The position numbers were made by a program, and so were the translations under genes. From assembly GCA_018383975.1 (NCBI GenBank), contig JAHAZT010000060.1, positions 1,428 through 65,427 of the forward strand: a DNA stretch of 64,000 nucleotides. The letters are read 5' to 3'. Source of the stretch: Eubacteriales bacterium (GTDB taxonomy: Bacteria; Bacillota; Clostridia; Oscillospirales; CAG-272). Each line of letters begins with the position of its first letter. Position 1 is the first letter of the stretch. The notes under the pieces are model-generated. The model did not search any database. It was not told where the DNA came from and saw nothing but the letters and a program-made list of their open reading frames with translations. Positions 26,290 through 36,224 of this stretch are shown in pieces.

Positions 26290-26756
26290 TTTTCCTCTCC
26301 GTCGCGGGAGTGAAAATGACCGTGCTCCTCTGCGTGGCAGCAGGAGGAGCAGCAGCCGTCGCAGGCACCGGGAACTTCCTTGTCTATTCCGTTGCGCTTA
26401 TAGTAATCGGCGATAGCCGCCTTGACCGCCTCCTCCGCAAGCACGGAGCAATGTATCTTTGCCGGAGGCAATCCGTCGAGGGCCTCAACAACCGCCTTGT
26501 TGGTCAGAGTGAGAGCCTCGTCTATGCTGTGACCCTTTATCATCTCCGTTGCCATACTGGACGTTGCGATTGCCGAGCCGCAGCCGAAGGTCTTGAACTT
26601 GACGTCAACGATTATTCCGTCCCTGACCTTGATGTACATTTTCATTATATCTCCGCAGACCGCATTGCCGACCTCGCCGACGCCGTCCGCATCCGGTATT
26701 TCACCGACGTTTCTCGGATGGGTGAAATGATCCATTACCTTTTCGCTGTAAAGCAT
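26286..26756 (-). CDS. nifU: Fe-S cluster scaffold NifU/IscU-like, with a Cys/His-rich C-terminal tail
   Basis: Scaffold motifs are GNAVCGDIMKMYIKV, FKTFGCGSAIA and IHCSVLA. The tail is PGACDGCCSSCCHAEEHGHFHS. Confidence 0.9.
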   Translation of the reverse strand: MLYSEKVMDHFTHPRNVGEIPDADGVGEVGNAVCGDIMKMYIKVRDGIIVDVKFKTFGCGSAIATSSMATEMIKGHSIDEALTLTNKAVVEALDGLPPAKIHCSVLAEEAVKAAIADYYKRNGIDKEVPGACDGCCSSCCHAEEHGHFHSRDGEEK

Positions 26757-26775
26757 ATGTTCATATTCCTTTCGA

Positions 26776-27945
26776 TTAAACTTTTACGTTGTAAATCGGG
26801 CTCATATCGCGCAGCCTCTGAACTATCGGAGGCAGCTTTTCGAGGATATAATCGATGTCCTCGTCCGTCGTTTCGTGCGTTATCGAAAGACGGAGTGAGC
26901 CGTGCGCCTGCTCGTGCGGAAGACCTATCGCAAGCAAAACGTGCGAAGGCTCAAGCGAACGAGAGGAGCAAGCGGAGCCGGTCGAAGCGCATATTCCCTC
27001 CTCGTTGAGAAGGAGCATAAGGCTTTCGCCCTCTATAAATTCAAACGAAACGTTCACGTTTCCGGGGAGTCTTCCCTCTCTCGGCCCGTTGAGACGGGAA
27101 TACGGTATTTTTGCAAGTATTTCGTCTATAAGTCTGTCGCGCTTTTTCGCAACGAGGTCGAGCTTGTCGATTTTCGACGTCGCAATTTCAAGTGCCTTTG
27201 CAAAGCCGACTATATACGGGACGTTCTCCGTTCCCGAGCGCTTGCCGGACTCCTGCCCGCCGCCTTCGATGAGATTACGGATTCTCACTCCGCGTCTTAT
27301 ATAAAGCAGTCCGATGCCCTTCGGAGCGTGGAGCTTGTGTCCCGATGCGGACAACATATCAACGCCGAGCTCGTGAACGTTTATCGGCACATTGCCGACA
27401 GCCTGAACGGCGTCCGTAAAGCAAAGAACGCCTTTTTCGTGGCATATCTTCGCAATTTCCGGAATCGGCATTATCGTTCCGATTTCGTTGTTTGCATACA
27501 TTATTGCAACGAGCGTCGTGTCCGGTCTTATTGCCTTTTCAACGTCCGCGGGCGATACTCTGCCCTCGGAATCGACGTCGAGATAAGTGACCTCAAAGCC
27601 CTCTTTTTCAAGCTCCTCGCAGGTGTAAAGTGCCGCATGATGTTCAACCTTTGACGTTATTATGTGCTTACCTTTTTTGATGTTTGCGTATGCCGCGCCG
27701 CGTATCGCCCAGTTGTCGGACTCCGTGCCGCACGAGGTAAAATATATTTCGGACGGAAGTGCGCCGAGACATGCCGCGACTCTCGCTCTTGCGTCATCAA
27801 GTATTTCTCTTGCGTGCTGACCCTTGTCGTGCAGGCTCGAAGGGTTTCCCCAATCGGTTGTAAGACACGGCATCATCGCCTTTATTACTTCCTCTGAAGG
27901 CGCCGTTGTAGCCGCGTTATCGGCATAAACGAATCTTTTTTCCAT
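26776..27945 (-). CDS. nifS: Cysteine desulfurase NifS
   Basis: Supporting motifs are [14 protein letters not shown]…, [10 protein letters not shown] and GSACSS. I trimmed the start from 28041 to the ATG at 27945, which has an AAGGTGA RBS and avoids overlapping rnhA. Confidence 0.9.
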   Translation of the reverse strand: MEKRFVYADNAATTAPSEEVIKAMMPCLTTDWGNPSSLHDKGQHAREILDDARARVAACLGALPSEIYFTSCGTESDNWAIRGAAYANIKKGKHIITSKVEHHAALYTCEELEKEGFEVTYLDVDSEGRVSPADVEKAIRPDTTLVAIMYANNEIGTIMPIPEIAKICHEKGVLCFTDAVQAVGNVPINVHELGVDMLSASGHKLHAPKGIGLLYIRRGVRIRNLIEGGGQESGKRSGTENVPYIVGFAKALEIATSKIDKLDLVAKKRDRLIDEILAKIPYSRLNGPREGRLPGNVNVSFEFIEGESLMLLLNEEGICASTGSACSSRSLEPSHVLLAIGLPHEQAHGSLRLSITHETTDEDIDYILEKLPPIVQRLRDMSPIYNVKV

Positions 27946-27964
27946 TGTATTCACCTTATCTTTT

Positions 27965-28411
27965 TTATTGATTTGCTTTGTATTTTTCGCTTTCGGCAAC
28001 AGCCAGTCTGTCACATCTTTCATTGTACGGATGGCCGGCATGACCCTTTATCCATACAAAGCGCACGGTGTGTTTTTCAAGAAGTCCGAGAAGCTTTTCC
28101 CATAAGTCAACGTTCAGCGCGGGTTTTTTGTCGCTCTTTATCCAGCCCCTGTCGCGCCAGCCGTACACCCAACCCTTTTCGATTGCGTCTATGACGTATT
28201 TCGAATCCGAGGTTATCGTCACGTCGCACGGCTCATTCAGCGCGGAAAGACCGGCAATCACGGCGGAAAGCTCCATTCTGTTGTTCGTTGTGTCAGCCGC
28301 GCCCCCCGAAATTTCCTTTTCTTTTTTTCCGTACACAAGTATGCAGGCATACCCTCCGGCACCGGGATTTCCGCTGCACGCGCCGTCGGTATAAATATCA
28401 ACCTTTTTCAA
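27965..28411 (-). CDS. rnhA: Ribonuclease HI
   Basis: Supporting motifs are [20 protein letters not shown] and [12 protein letters not shown]. The probable TTG start at 28411 lies 8 nt after GGAGG, and an extended -10 TGTATAAT lies at 28449-28442. Confidence 0.85.
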   Translation of the reverse strand: MKKVDIYTDGACSGNPGAGGYACILVYGKKEKEISGGAADTTNNRMELSAVIAGLSALNEPCDVTITSDSKYVIDAIEKGWVYGWRDRGWIKSDKKPALNVDLWEKLLGLLEKHTVRFVWIKGHAGHPYNERCDRLAVAESEKYKANQ

Positions 28412-28572
28412 AACGTGCGCCTCCCCTCCCGATATCCGACCTATTATACAATAAGTCATCGGCAAAATGCAATAATATTTTTATGAATTTTCGTAAAAAT
28501 TATCATAAAATTTGCGTTTTTTTCGTTTCAGACGCAATTTTCTGCCGTCTCATGCTCTTTTTTGTTTACGGT

Positions 28573-29838
28573 TTACTTGTTTCCGCCGTTTTTTATCAGC
28601 TCCCAATAAGCCTTTGCCGCCTGCTCTGTCTTGTTCTCTCCGAACTCGTAATATTTTTTGTTTTTCAGGTCGTCCGGCAGATATTGCTGACCGACATAAT
28701 GATTTTTGAAGTCGTGCGGATATTTGTAATTCTGTCCCTTCTGCGCGACGTTTTCGCCGTCGAGATGGACGTTTTGGAGCGTTCTCGGAGGTACCGCTCC
28801 CTTGCCGGACGCAACGTCCGCCGCCGCCGCGCCGTAAGCGAGATAGGCGGAATTCGATTTCGGTGCCGTCGCAAGCATAACCGTTGCATTGGCAAGCGGT
28901 ATTGACGCCTCCGGCAGTCCGAGCTTGAGCGCAGACTCAACACATGCGTGCGTTATTGCCGCCGCCATGGGATATGCAAGCCCGATGTCCTCGCTTGCGA
29001 TAACCTGTATTCTGCGGCACGCGGAAAGCAGGTCTCCTCCCGAAAGTATCTTTGCAAGGTAAAAAACCGCCGCATCGGGGTCGGAGCCGCGTATCGACTT
29101 CTGATATGCGGAAAGCAGGTCGTAATGGCCGTCGCCGGACTTATCAAATCCGCTCATCATAACATCGGGCAGGAACGTCCGCACGCTCTCCGCCGTTATA
29201 TGTCCGTCGGAAATGACGGCTATGTTTTCAAAAAGATTTATCGCCCTGCGCGCGTCCCCCGCCGACGACTGCGCCATTATGCGCACGGCGTCCGCATCAC
29301 AGATAATTTCGGCTCCTTTTTCGTCGGAAAGAAACTTTCTCGCCCTCTCAATCGCCTTTGAAAGCGCGTCGGCGGAAAGCGGCTTGAATTCAAACACCGC
29401 AGAGCGCGAAATGATTGCGGAATATACATAAAAGTAAGGATTTTCCGTTGTCGAAGCAATCAGCGTTATGCGTCCGTCCTCAATGAATTCAAGGAGAGAC
29501 TGTTGCTGCTTTTTGTTGAAGTACTGTATCTCGTCGAGGTACAGAAGAACACCGTCCGAGCCGTAAAGCGACGACGTTTCCGCAACCACCTCTTTTATGT
29601 CCGAAAGTGAAGCCGAGGTTGCATTGAGACGTCGCATGGTTTTTCCCGCCGCCTTGGAAAGAATGTTTGCCGCAGTCGTTTTTCCGGTGCCGGACGGACC
29701 GTAAAAAATCATATTCGGGATGTGCCCCGTTTCAATCATTTTCGGGAATATGCCGCCGTCCGAAAACAGCTTTTCATCGCCGAAAACGTCCGCAAATGTT
29801 TCCGGTCTCATTCTGTCCGCAAGAGGTCTTGTAATCAT
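28573..29838 (-). CDS. rarA: Replication-associated recombination protein A (AAA+ ATPase)
   Basis: Supporting motifs are RPLADRMRPETFADVFG, GPSGTGKTT and a MgsA C-terminal domain. Confidence 0.9.
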   Translation of the reverse strand: MITRPLADRMRPETFADVFGDEKLFSDGGIFPKMIETGHIPNMIFYGPSGTGKTTAANILSKAAGKTMRRLNATSASLSDIKEVVAETSSLYGSDGVLLYLDEIQYFNKKQQQSLLEFIEDGRITLIASTTENPYFYVYSAIISRSAVFEFKPLSADALSKAIERARKFLSDEKGAEIICDADAVRIMAQSSAGDARRAINLFENIAVISDGHITAESVRTFLPDVMMSGFDKSGDGHYDLLSAYQKSIRGSDPDAAVFYLAKILSGGDLLSACRRIQVIASEDIGLAYPMAAAITHACVESALKLGLPEASIPLANATVMLATAPKSNSAYLAYGAAAADVASGKGAVPPRTLQNVHLDGENVAQKGQNYKYPHDFKNHYVGQQYLPDDLKNKKYYEFGENKTEQAAKAYWELIKNGGNK

Positions 29839-29900
29839 AGTATCCTCCGTAAAATCAAGCGTTTATCTGTGTTTTTTGCATTTTATACATTCGTATATAA

Positions 29901-30539
29901 TTATCCGGTTATGCATTTCATATCGGCAAACGGGCAACCGTCGCACTTCGGCTTTTTCGCATCACAAACCTCTCTGCCGAACATCACGAGTCTGTGACAG
30001 AAGTCGCTCTGCTCCTCCGGCGGAACGATTTCCGAAAGCTGTTTTTCAACCTTCGCTGGATCCTTACTTGTGCAGAGTCCGAGCCTGTTTGATATCCTTA
30101 TGCAATGCGTGTCCGCAACTATAGCCGGCAATCCGTATATGTCACCGATGATAAGATTTGCAATCTTTCTGCCGACTCCGGGAAGTTTCAGAAGCTCGTC
30201 CATCTCCTTCGGGACAACGCCGCCGAAGTCTCTTACAATCATCCCGGACATATCCTTTATGTTCTTCGCCTTCACGCGGTAAACGCCGCAGGGATAGACG
30301 ATTTTCTCGATTTCGGCAAGGTCTCCCTCTGCCATTTTTTCCGCCGTCGGAAAGTGTTCAAAAAGCTCCTTCGAAACGATGTTCACACGCTTGTCCGTGC
30401 ACTGGGCGGACAGCCTTCCCATCACGAGAAGCCTCCACGGGTCGCCGTCATAGCGAAGCTCACATTCCGCCGCGGGATACTTTCTTTTCAGTATGCCGAC
30501 GACCTTCTCCGCGCGCTCTTTTTTCTCGGTTACAGTCAT
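29901..30539 (-). CDS. nth: Endonuclease III
   Basis: It has HhH-GPD motifs (LPGVGRKIANL) and a C-terminal 4Fe-4S cluster CX6CX2CX5C. Confidence 0.9.
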   Translation of the reverse strand: MTVTEKKERAEKVVGILKRKYPAAECELRYDGDPWRLLVMGRLSAQCTDKRVNIVSKELFEHFPTAEKMAEGDLAEIEKIVYPCGVYRVKAKNIKDMSGMIVRDFGGVVPKEMDELLKLPGVGRKIANLIIGDIYGLPAIVADTHCIRISNRLGLCTSKDPAKVEKQLSEIVPPEEQSDFCHRLVMFGREVCDAKKPKCDGCPFADMKCITG

Positions 30540-31165
30540 TTTTCTTCACCTTTCAGAGCAAACGAAAGCTCAAGAGCGTCCGTTTTGAAGTAGTTTTTCA
30601 GCATCGACGAAAGCGTTGAAACGGGCAAGCCCATAACGTTGAAAAAGTCGCCGTTTATGCGTTCGACGAGCTCTGCTCCTCTCGCCTGAATTGCATACGC
30701 CCCTGCTTTTCCCATCGGCTCTCCGCTGCGGACGTAATCGTTTATCTGACGCTCGCTTATCGCCGCAAACTTTACGTCGGTTGCGCAGCTTTCCGAATAT
30801 CTGCAATCTCCGAGTTGCAAAGTCAGCCCGGAATAAACGGTGTGCCAGGAATCCGAAAGAACGCCGAGCGTCAAAGCCGCGTGCAGCTCGCTCTGCGGCT
30901 TTCCGATGACCATTCCATTGTAATATACAATTGTATCACACGATATTATCAAGGTATTATCGAGGTTTTCTCCTCTTTCTATAAGTTCTGCTCTTGCGGC
31001 TTTGCCCTTTCTCTCGGAAAGAGTGCAGACGTATTCCTCCGGCGAAAGCGCCTCTTTTATATCCTCATCGGCATCGGGAGAAACGACTTCAAAAGGCAAA
31101 CCCAACATTGCAAGTATTTCCTTTCTCCTCGGCGACGATGACGCCAGAATTATTCTCTTTATCAT
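30536..31165 (-). CDS. maf: Maf-like nucleoside triphosphate pyrophosphatase
   Basis: Supporting motifs are ILASSSPRRKEIL and GKAGAYAIQ. Confidence 0.9.
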   Translation of the reverse strand: MIKRIILASSSPRRKEILAMLGLPFEVVSPDADEDIKEALSPEEYVCTLSERKGKAARAELIERGENLDNTLIISCDTIVYYNGMVIGKPQSELHAALTLGVLSDSWHTVYSGLTLQLGDCRYSESCATDVKFAAISERQINDYVRSGEPMGKAGAYAIQARGAELVERINGDFFNVMGLPVSTLSSMLKNYFKTDALELSFALKGEEK

Positions 31166-31167
31166 AA

Positions 31168-33228
31168 TCAGATCCTCTTGAATGCGCCCTTCGGCTTTCC
31201 GCCGATTTTATAAGCGCAGATTATTTCCGCAACATCTTTTTTACTCTCGCACGTGAATATAAAGTGCTGAAAAAGTCCCGCACGGGTATATTCGGAAAGC
31301 CTGTCCTCCATGCGGACGGGAACGCTGTTATAAAGAACGTTGCGATGTCTGAATTCCCTTCTTATCGGGAATTCCGCGCCCGTTCTGTCCTTGATAAATA
31401 CAAATTTCCCGTCGCCGCAGAAATTGCATTTTTCAATTTCCGAGGGCAGATTCATTATGTCCCGTATCACGCATTTTTCAAGCGTCATAAGAGGGAGCCT
31501 GCCGTATGCAACGGCACCGTATCGACCGCTCGCCTGCATTGCCGCACCCCTCGCAAGCCCGATTTCACACGATTGTATAAAACCGGAAATGCCCATGGAG
31601 TATAGTTTTTCGGCACTTTGCGAATTCCAGACGTTCAAGCGCAAATCGCCCGTCATTTCAAAACCGAGACGGCGGCAGATGGGAATTTGCCACATTCCCG
31701 TGACAAGCGCATAGCGGATGCCGAGAGTCTTTGCCCTCTCCGCCATCTTCTCTATTTCGGCGGTTTCCGTATCAAGCGCGACGGGCGGAAACGCGATTCC
31801 GAGCCTTTCCGCGCTTACAATCTTATATGCTTTTTCGGTCACCGCAAGCGGAACGAATATTCTGTCAAAGAATGTTTGCGCCTCGTCGGGAATATTGTTC
31901 ACATCTGCAAAATACGCCGTTTTCATATCCGACGACGTTCTCTTTTCGAGCGGCGGCGCAGATTTCAAATTTATATGTTTTTCCGCAGACAGCTTTTTCA
32001 GCAGTTCTTCGCACGCATTACGGCGAAGAGCGTTTATCTGCGCGACGCTCATGCGCAGTCCGTCATCAATGTTGACCGTTATATTCTCCGGATCTGCAAA
32101 AAACGGCGTTCCTCCAAGTTTTGCCAGCGACTCCCGCACACGCTCCGGACTCATTGAGTTTCCGGCAGCTTCGGGGACGTCGCCGGAAGCCGTAAACGCA
32201 ACTTTATTTCCGAAAAAAGTCCCGCTCGCGACGACGGTCGCAGGCACACCGCGTTTTATATCGGCACGGAGGAAAATCTCCGCTTTCTTTTCCGGAATTG
32301 CCGCGCCGGAAAGCTTTGCGCTCTCTTTTTTGTCATCCGCCGTGCGGACGCCGAGCATTTCCCTGTCGATTTTTCCCGTGTAGTAACCGCATGTAAATCC
32401 CGAACGCGAAAACAGCGCGGAAAGCTCCGCAATTTCCTTTTCGCCGGCATTTCTGCCCTCGTCAAGTAGCGTTCTGTATATTTTCGTGACCCCGTAAACA
32501 TATTCCGGAGACTTCATTCTTCCCTCGATTTTCAGCGACGCAACGCCCATTTCGGAAAGCTCCGTCAGATGTTCCGCAAGGCACATATCTTTAAGGCTCA
32601 GAGCATAGCCGCTCTTGCCGTACGGCAGTCTGCAGGGCTGTGCGCACTCGCCTCTGTTGCCGCTCCTGCCGCCTATGACCGAGCTCATAAGGCATTGCCC
32701 CGAACAGCTGACGCACATTGCCCCATGAACGAAAAGTTCTGTTTCGATCGGCGACTTTTTTATCAGAATTTCAAGATCACGCCTCGATATTTCTCTCGGT
32801 GCGACCATCCTCGAAAAGCCGATTTTTTTCAGTTCTCCGGCGGAATAAGCATTGAGTCCCGTCGCCTGCGTGCTTGCGTGAAGCTCGATTTCGGGACATA
32901 CAGTGTGTATATAACCGGCCAGCCCGACATCGGCAACTATGAAAGCGTCGACGCCGTAGCGGTAGGCTCTGAAAACCGTTTCCGCCGCGTCTTTAAGTTC
33001 TCTGTCCGAAAGCTGCACGTTGACAGTCATATAAGTTTTTACGCCGAGCGCGCGACAATAGCAAACGGCATTTTTTATTGCGTCGTCATCGAAATTCTCC
33101 GCAAAGCTCCTTGCCGAAAAACTCTTTGCGCCGAAATATACGGCGTCCGCACCGCCCGCGACGGCTGCGCGGAGAGCCTCCGGCGATCCCGCGGGAGACA
33201 GAAGCTCCGGCAGATTATTTGTCCGCAT
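31168..33228 (-). CDS. Peptidase U32 family protein (long form)
   Basis: Supporting motifs are ELLSPAGSPEALRAAVAGGADAVYFG and the U32 core (…EGRMKSPEYV…). I trimmed the start to the ATG at 33228 (MRTNNLPELL). Confidence 0.85.
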   Translation of the reverse strand: MRTNNLPELLSPAGSPEALRAAVAGGADAVYFGAKSFSARSFAENFDDDAIKNAVCYCRALGVKTYMTVNVQLSDRELKDAAETVFRAYRYGVDAFIVADVGLAGYIHTVCPEIELHASTQATGLNAYSAGELKKIGFSRMVAPREISRRDLEILIKKSPIETELFVHGAMCVSCSGQCLMSSVIGGRSGNRGECAQPCRLPYGKSGYALSLKDMCLAEHLTELSEMGVASLKIEGRMKSPEYVYGVTKIYRTLLDEGRNAGEKEIAELSALFSRSGFTCGYYTGKIDREMLGVRTADDKKESAKLSGAAIPEKKAEIFLRADIKRGVPATVVASGTFFGNKVAFTASGDVPEAAGNSMSPERVRESLAKLGGTPFFADPENITVNIDDGLRMSVAQINALRRNACEELLKKLSAEKHINLKSAPPLEKRTSSDMKTAYFADVNNIPDEAQTFFDRIFVPLAVTEKAYKIVSAERLGIAFPPVALDTETAEIEKMAERAKTLGIRYALVTGMWQIPICRRLGFEMTGDLRLNVWNSQSAEKLYSMGISGFIQSCEIGLARGAAMQASGRYGAVAYGRLPLMTLEKCVIRDIMNLPSEIEKCNFCGDGKFVFIKDRTGAEFPIRREFRHRNVLYNSVPVRMEDRLSEYTRAGLFQHFIFTCESKKDVAEIICAYKIGGKPKGAFKRI

Positions 33229-33451
33229 TTGTTTTTTCCTTGAGCAGGGATTTGAGCTTGACGTTCTCATCAAGCAAGTCCAGCGCGCAGACAATCGCCG
33301 CCTTTGTCACGTCGACGTCCGCTCCGGAAAGCATCAATGTATGTATTCTTTTGGTCAGCTCTCCGGCGAGCCTTTCGACGTAGGCGGGATTGTCACCCGA
33401 GCAGAGCGAGAGATTTTCCCCCGCGACCGATATGCTGTGCTTGTATTTCAT
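33215..33451 (-). CDS. zapA: Cell division protein ZapA
   Basis: 78 aa (MKYKHSISVAGENLSLCSGDNPAYVERLAGELTKRI…) with a coiled-coil tail. Confidence 0.75.
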   Translation of the reverse strand: MKYKHSISVAGENLSLCSGDNPAYVERLAGELTKRIHTLMLSGADVDVTKAAIVCALDLLDENVKLKSLLKEKTNADK

Positions 33452-33643
33452 AAATTATCTCCTTTCGGCGACAAAACATTCCGTTTTGCTATTGAATACG
33501 GCGAAGATTTGTTATATTATAATATTACCGTGCCGCTCCGGCACGCATTTACTCGGATACATTATAATACAAACGGGCGTTTTTTGAAAGACTTTTTCAA
33601 AAATTCCGCAAAAAATAAGCAAAAAACGAAAGGAAACGCTGCT

Positions 33644-34825
33644 ATGCGTGAAATAATACTTTGTAAATACGGCGAAATCACACTGAAAGGCGCAAACCGC
33701 GCGTATTTTGAAAATCTCCTGCGTGACAGAATCCGCAAGAGAATCGCTCCTTACGGGAAATTCAACGTCTGCTATATGCAGAGCACCGTATATATCGAGC
33801 CGACAGACGACAACTGCGATATCGACTCGGCATACGTCGCCGCGAAAAACACATTCGGAGTTGCGGCGGTGACAAGAGCAATCGAAGCCGAAAAGGACAT
33901 AGAAAAGATTATCGAGACGGCAAAAACGTCGTTTATTCCGTATCTTGACGGCTACAAAACGTTCAAGGTCGAGGGCAAGCGTTCGGACAAAACATTCCCG
34001 ATGACCTCTCCGGAAATCGCAGCCGAGGTCGGAGGCGCAATTCTTGACGCAACAAACGGCAGAATAAAGGTTGATATTCATCATCCCGAGGTAATTGTCA
34101 GAGTTGAAATACGGGATAAAGCCGCATATCTCTGCGCTGGACAGGAAAGGGCTGTCGGCGGAATGCCGACGGGAAGCAACGGCAGAGGACTTCTTCTCCT
34201 CTCCGGCGGTATCGATTCCCCCGTCGCGGGCTATATGATGGGCAAGCGCGGCGTGCTTATTGAAGGACTGCATTTTGAAAGTTTCCCTTATACGAGCGAG
34301 CGTGCAAAGCAGAAGGTCGTCGACCTTGCGGAAATACTCTCCGATTATACCGGCGAAATTCACCTTCACGTCGTTTCGCTGACAAAAATTCAGGAAGCCC
34401 TCCGCGACGGTTGCGAGGAGGACTATTTCACTCTGCTTCTCCGTCGTTCAATGATGAGAATTGCGGAAAGAGTTGCCGAGGAATACAAATGCGAGGCGAT
34501 AATAACGGGAGAATCGCTCGGTCAGGTCGCAAGCCAGACAATGCAGGCGCTGTGCGTTACGAACATTATGGCACACCGCCCCGTTTTCCGTCCGCTCATA
34601 GGTATGGACAAGGAAGAAATCATTGAAGTCTCACGCAAAATCGGCACGTTTGATACGTCTATTCTGCCCTTTGAGGATTGCTGCACCGTATTCACCCCGC
34701 GTCATCCGAGAACGAAGCCGGAACTCTGGAAGGTCGAACGCGAGGAAGCAAAGGTCGATCTCGCCCCGCTTGAGGACGAGGCTTTCCGGACACTTTCGAC
34801 AATCGTTGCGGGCAGAAAATCTTGA
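33644..34825 (+). CDS. thiI: tRNA 4-thiouridine synthase ThiI
   Basis: It begins MREIILCKYGEITLKGANR, has a THUMP-like middle region and the PP-loop LLLLSGGIDSPVA. I trimmed the start from 33341 to the ATG at 33644. Confidence 0.9.
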   Translation: MREIILCKYGEITLKGANRAYFENLLRDRIRKRIAPYGKFNVCYMQSTVYIEPTDDNCDIDSAYVAAKNTFGVAAVTRAIEAEKDIEKIIETAKTSFIPYLDGYKTFKVEGKRSDKTFPMTSPEIAAEVGGAILDATNGRIKVDIHHPEVIVRVEIRDKAAYLCAGQERAVGGMPTGSNGRGLLLLSGGIDSPVAGYMMGKRGVLIEGLHFESFPYTSERAKQKVVDLAEILSDYTGEIHLHVVSLTKIQEALRDGCEEDYFTLLLRRSMMRIAERVAEEYKCEAIITGESLGQVASQTMQALCVTNIMAHRPVFRPLIGMDKEEIIEVSRKIGTFDTSILPFEDCCTVFTPRHPRTKPELWKVEREEAKVDLAPLEDEAFRTLSTIVAGRKS

Positions 34826-34883
34826 CAGACTATATATTTTGTGATATTATAATTTTATACCCGAATATGAAAGGAGCGAGCCC

Positions 34884-35672
34884 ATGCCCGAAAATGCATT
34901 TCGTCCGTCGCGGATAATTCTTTTCACATCGTGCAAGGGCGGCGTCGGCAAGTCGACCGTGTGCGCAAACCTTGCAATGTCGCTCGCTCTGCGCGGCAAA
35001 AGCGTGCTGATGATTGACTGCGACTTCGGAAGCCGCTGTCTTGACCTCGTCGCCGGCTTTTCGGATGACGTCGTCTATGATATTGCGGACGCCGTGCTCG
35101 GCAGAGTTTCGCCGGAAAGAGTCATAGTGGCCGACAGGCGCACCGACAAGCTCTTTTTTATTGCCGCACCGTATAATTTCGATACGAGAATGAATATTTT
35201 CTCGTTCCGACGCACCGTTTCCGCTTATGCCGCGTGCGGAAAATATGACTATATATTCATAGATACCCCCGGCGGAATCGGCGAGCCGCTTGCATTTGCT
35301 TCTTCCGTTGCCGATACGGCGTATATCGTCACATCGCCGACAAGGGCGTCAGTCCGCGCGGCGGACAAAACAGCCGCTTTCCTCTATGACAGAGGCGTAA
35401 AGCATCTGCGATTGATAATAAATCAGGTGACCGGCAAGCGGGCGTCCGCGGAAAAGCTCCGCCTTATCGACATAATCGACGGCGCAGCCGTAAAGCTGAT
35501 AGGCGCCGTTCCCTACGATTACGAGCTTGTCCGCGCGGGAGACGAAGGAAAGCTGACAGACGAGCTTTACAGCAGGAACATAACCCGTGCGTTCGACAAT
35601 ATCGCCGGACGTACCGAGGGAGAAAACATCCCGCTGTTTTACAAAATAAGAAAACTCAAAACATTGAAATAA
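34884..35672 (+). CDS. MinD/ParA-family P-loop ATPase (orphan; no minC or minE nearby)
   Basis: It has the deviant Walker A CKGGVGKST and a Walker B motif in YDYIFIDTPGG. Confidence 0.8.
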   Translation: MPENAFRPSRIILFTSCKGGVGKSTVCANLAMSLALRGKSVLMIDCDFGSRCLDLVAGFSDDVVYDIADAVLGRVSPERVIVADRRTDKLFFIAAPYNFDTRMNIFSFRRTVSAYAACGKYDYIFIDTPGGIGEPLAFASSVADTAYIVTSPTRASVRAADKTAAFLYDRGVKHLRLIINQVTGKRASAEKLRLIDIIDGAAVKLIGAVPYDYELVRAGDEGKLTDELYSRNITRAFDNIAGRTEGENIPLFYKIRKLKTLK

Positions 35673-35700
35673 ACAGGCAAGCGAAAGGAGAATTCCCCGT

Positions 35701-36135
35701 ATGGAAATAGCTTTGATAGCAAACGACACGAAAAAAGAGCTTATGACCCAGTTCTGCATAGCGTATTGCGGCGTCCTTGCAAAACACAACCTCTGTGCAA
35801 CGAAAATGACGGGCAGACTCATTTCGGAGGCAACGGGGCTTAAAATCGAACACGTCCTTCCCGGCAGACAGGGCGGCGTTCAGCAGATATCCTCACGCAT
35901 TGAATTCAACGAAATCGACGCCGTTGTATATTTTCACGACCCCGCCGACGTTTTTGACGCAAACGACAATTCCCTTATCCGCAAGTGTGACGCAAACAAC
36001 GTCCCGATAGCGACGAACATCGCGACGGCGGAGCTTATAATAACCGCCATCGACCGCGGCGACCTTGACTGGCGCGAGCTTGTCAATCCCAGCTCGGAAT
36101 ACAACCGCAGAAAGCGCGAGCTTTCCGGAAAATAA
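35701..36135 (+). CDS. mgsA: Methylglyoxal synthase
   Basis: Supporting segments are IALIANDTKKELM…, GPLGGDQ-like GRQGGVQQISSRI and DAVVYFHDP. Confidence 0.85.
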   Translation: MEIALIANDTKKELMTQFCIAYCGVLAKHNLCATKMTGRLISEATGLKIEHVLPGRQGGVQQISSRIEFNEIDAVVYFHDPADVFDANDNSLIRKCDANNVPIATNIATAELIITAIDRGDLDWRELVNPSSEYNRRKRELSGK

Positions 36136-36142
36136 GAAAGCA

Positions 36143-36176
36143 ATTTCCGCTCCGGCGCAGGCAGGAGCGGATTTTA
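36143..36176 (+). terminator. Intrinsic terminator after mgsA
   Basis: The stem TCCGCTCC/GGAGCGGA is followed by TTTT. Confidence 0.6.
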
Positions 36177-36224
36177 CCGAATATACGATTTTTTTCGGAT
36201 TAAAAAACGAAAGGATGATGATTT

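Noticed and set aside
33341-33643. N-terminal extensions suggested by the ORF track for thiI. The same applies to nifS (to 28041), the U32 gene (to 33294), rimM (42787), murJ (44009), mraZ (52089), rsmH (52523), ftsL (53380), mraY (59345), ftsQ (62692) and ftsZ (63640).
   Set aside because: The extensions overlap upstream genes or promoter and terminator elements and lack RBSs. The internal ATG, TTG or GTG codons are preceded by Shine-Dalgarno sequences and give canonical N-termini.
5409-34825. Clustering of sulfur-relay and tRNA-modification genes (two cysteine desulfurases, nifU, mnmA, thiI, tsaE, tsaB) as a dedicated tRNA-thiolation island
   Set aside because: The genes sit in three separate, conventional operons interspersed with unrelated housekeeping genes. 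nifS-nifU-mnmA and tsaE-tsaB are standard arrangements in Firmicutes, so nothing beyond normal gene order is supported.
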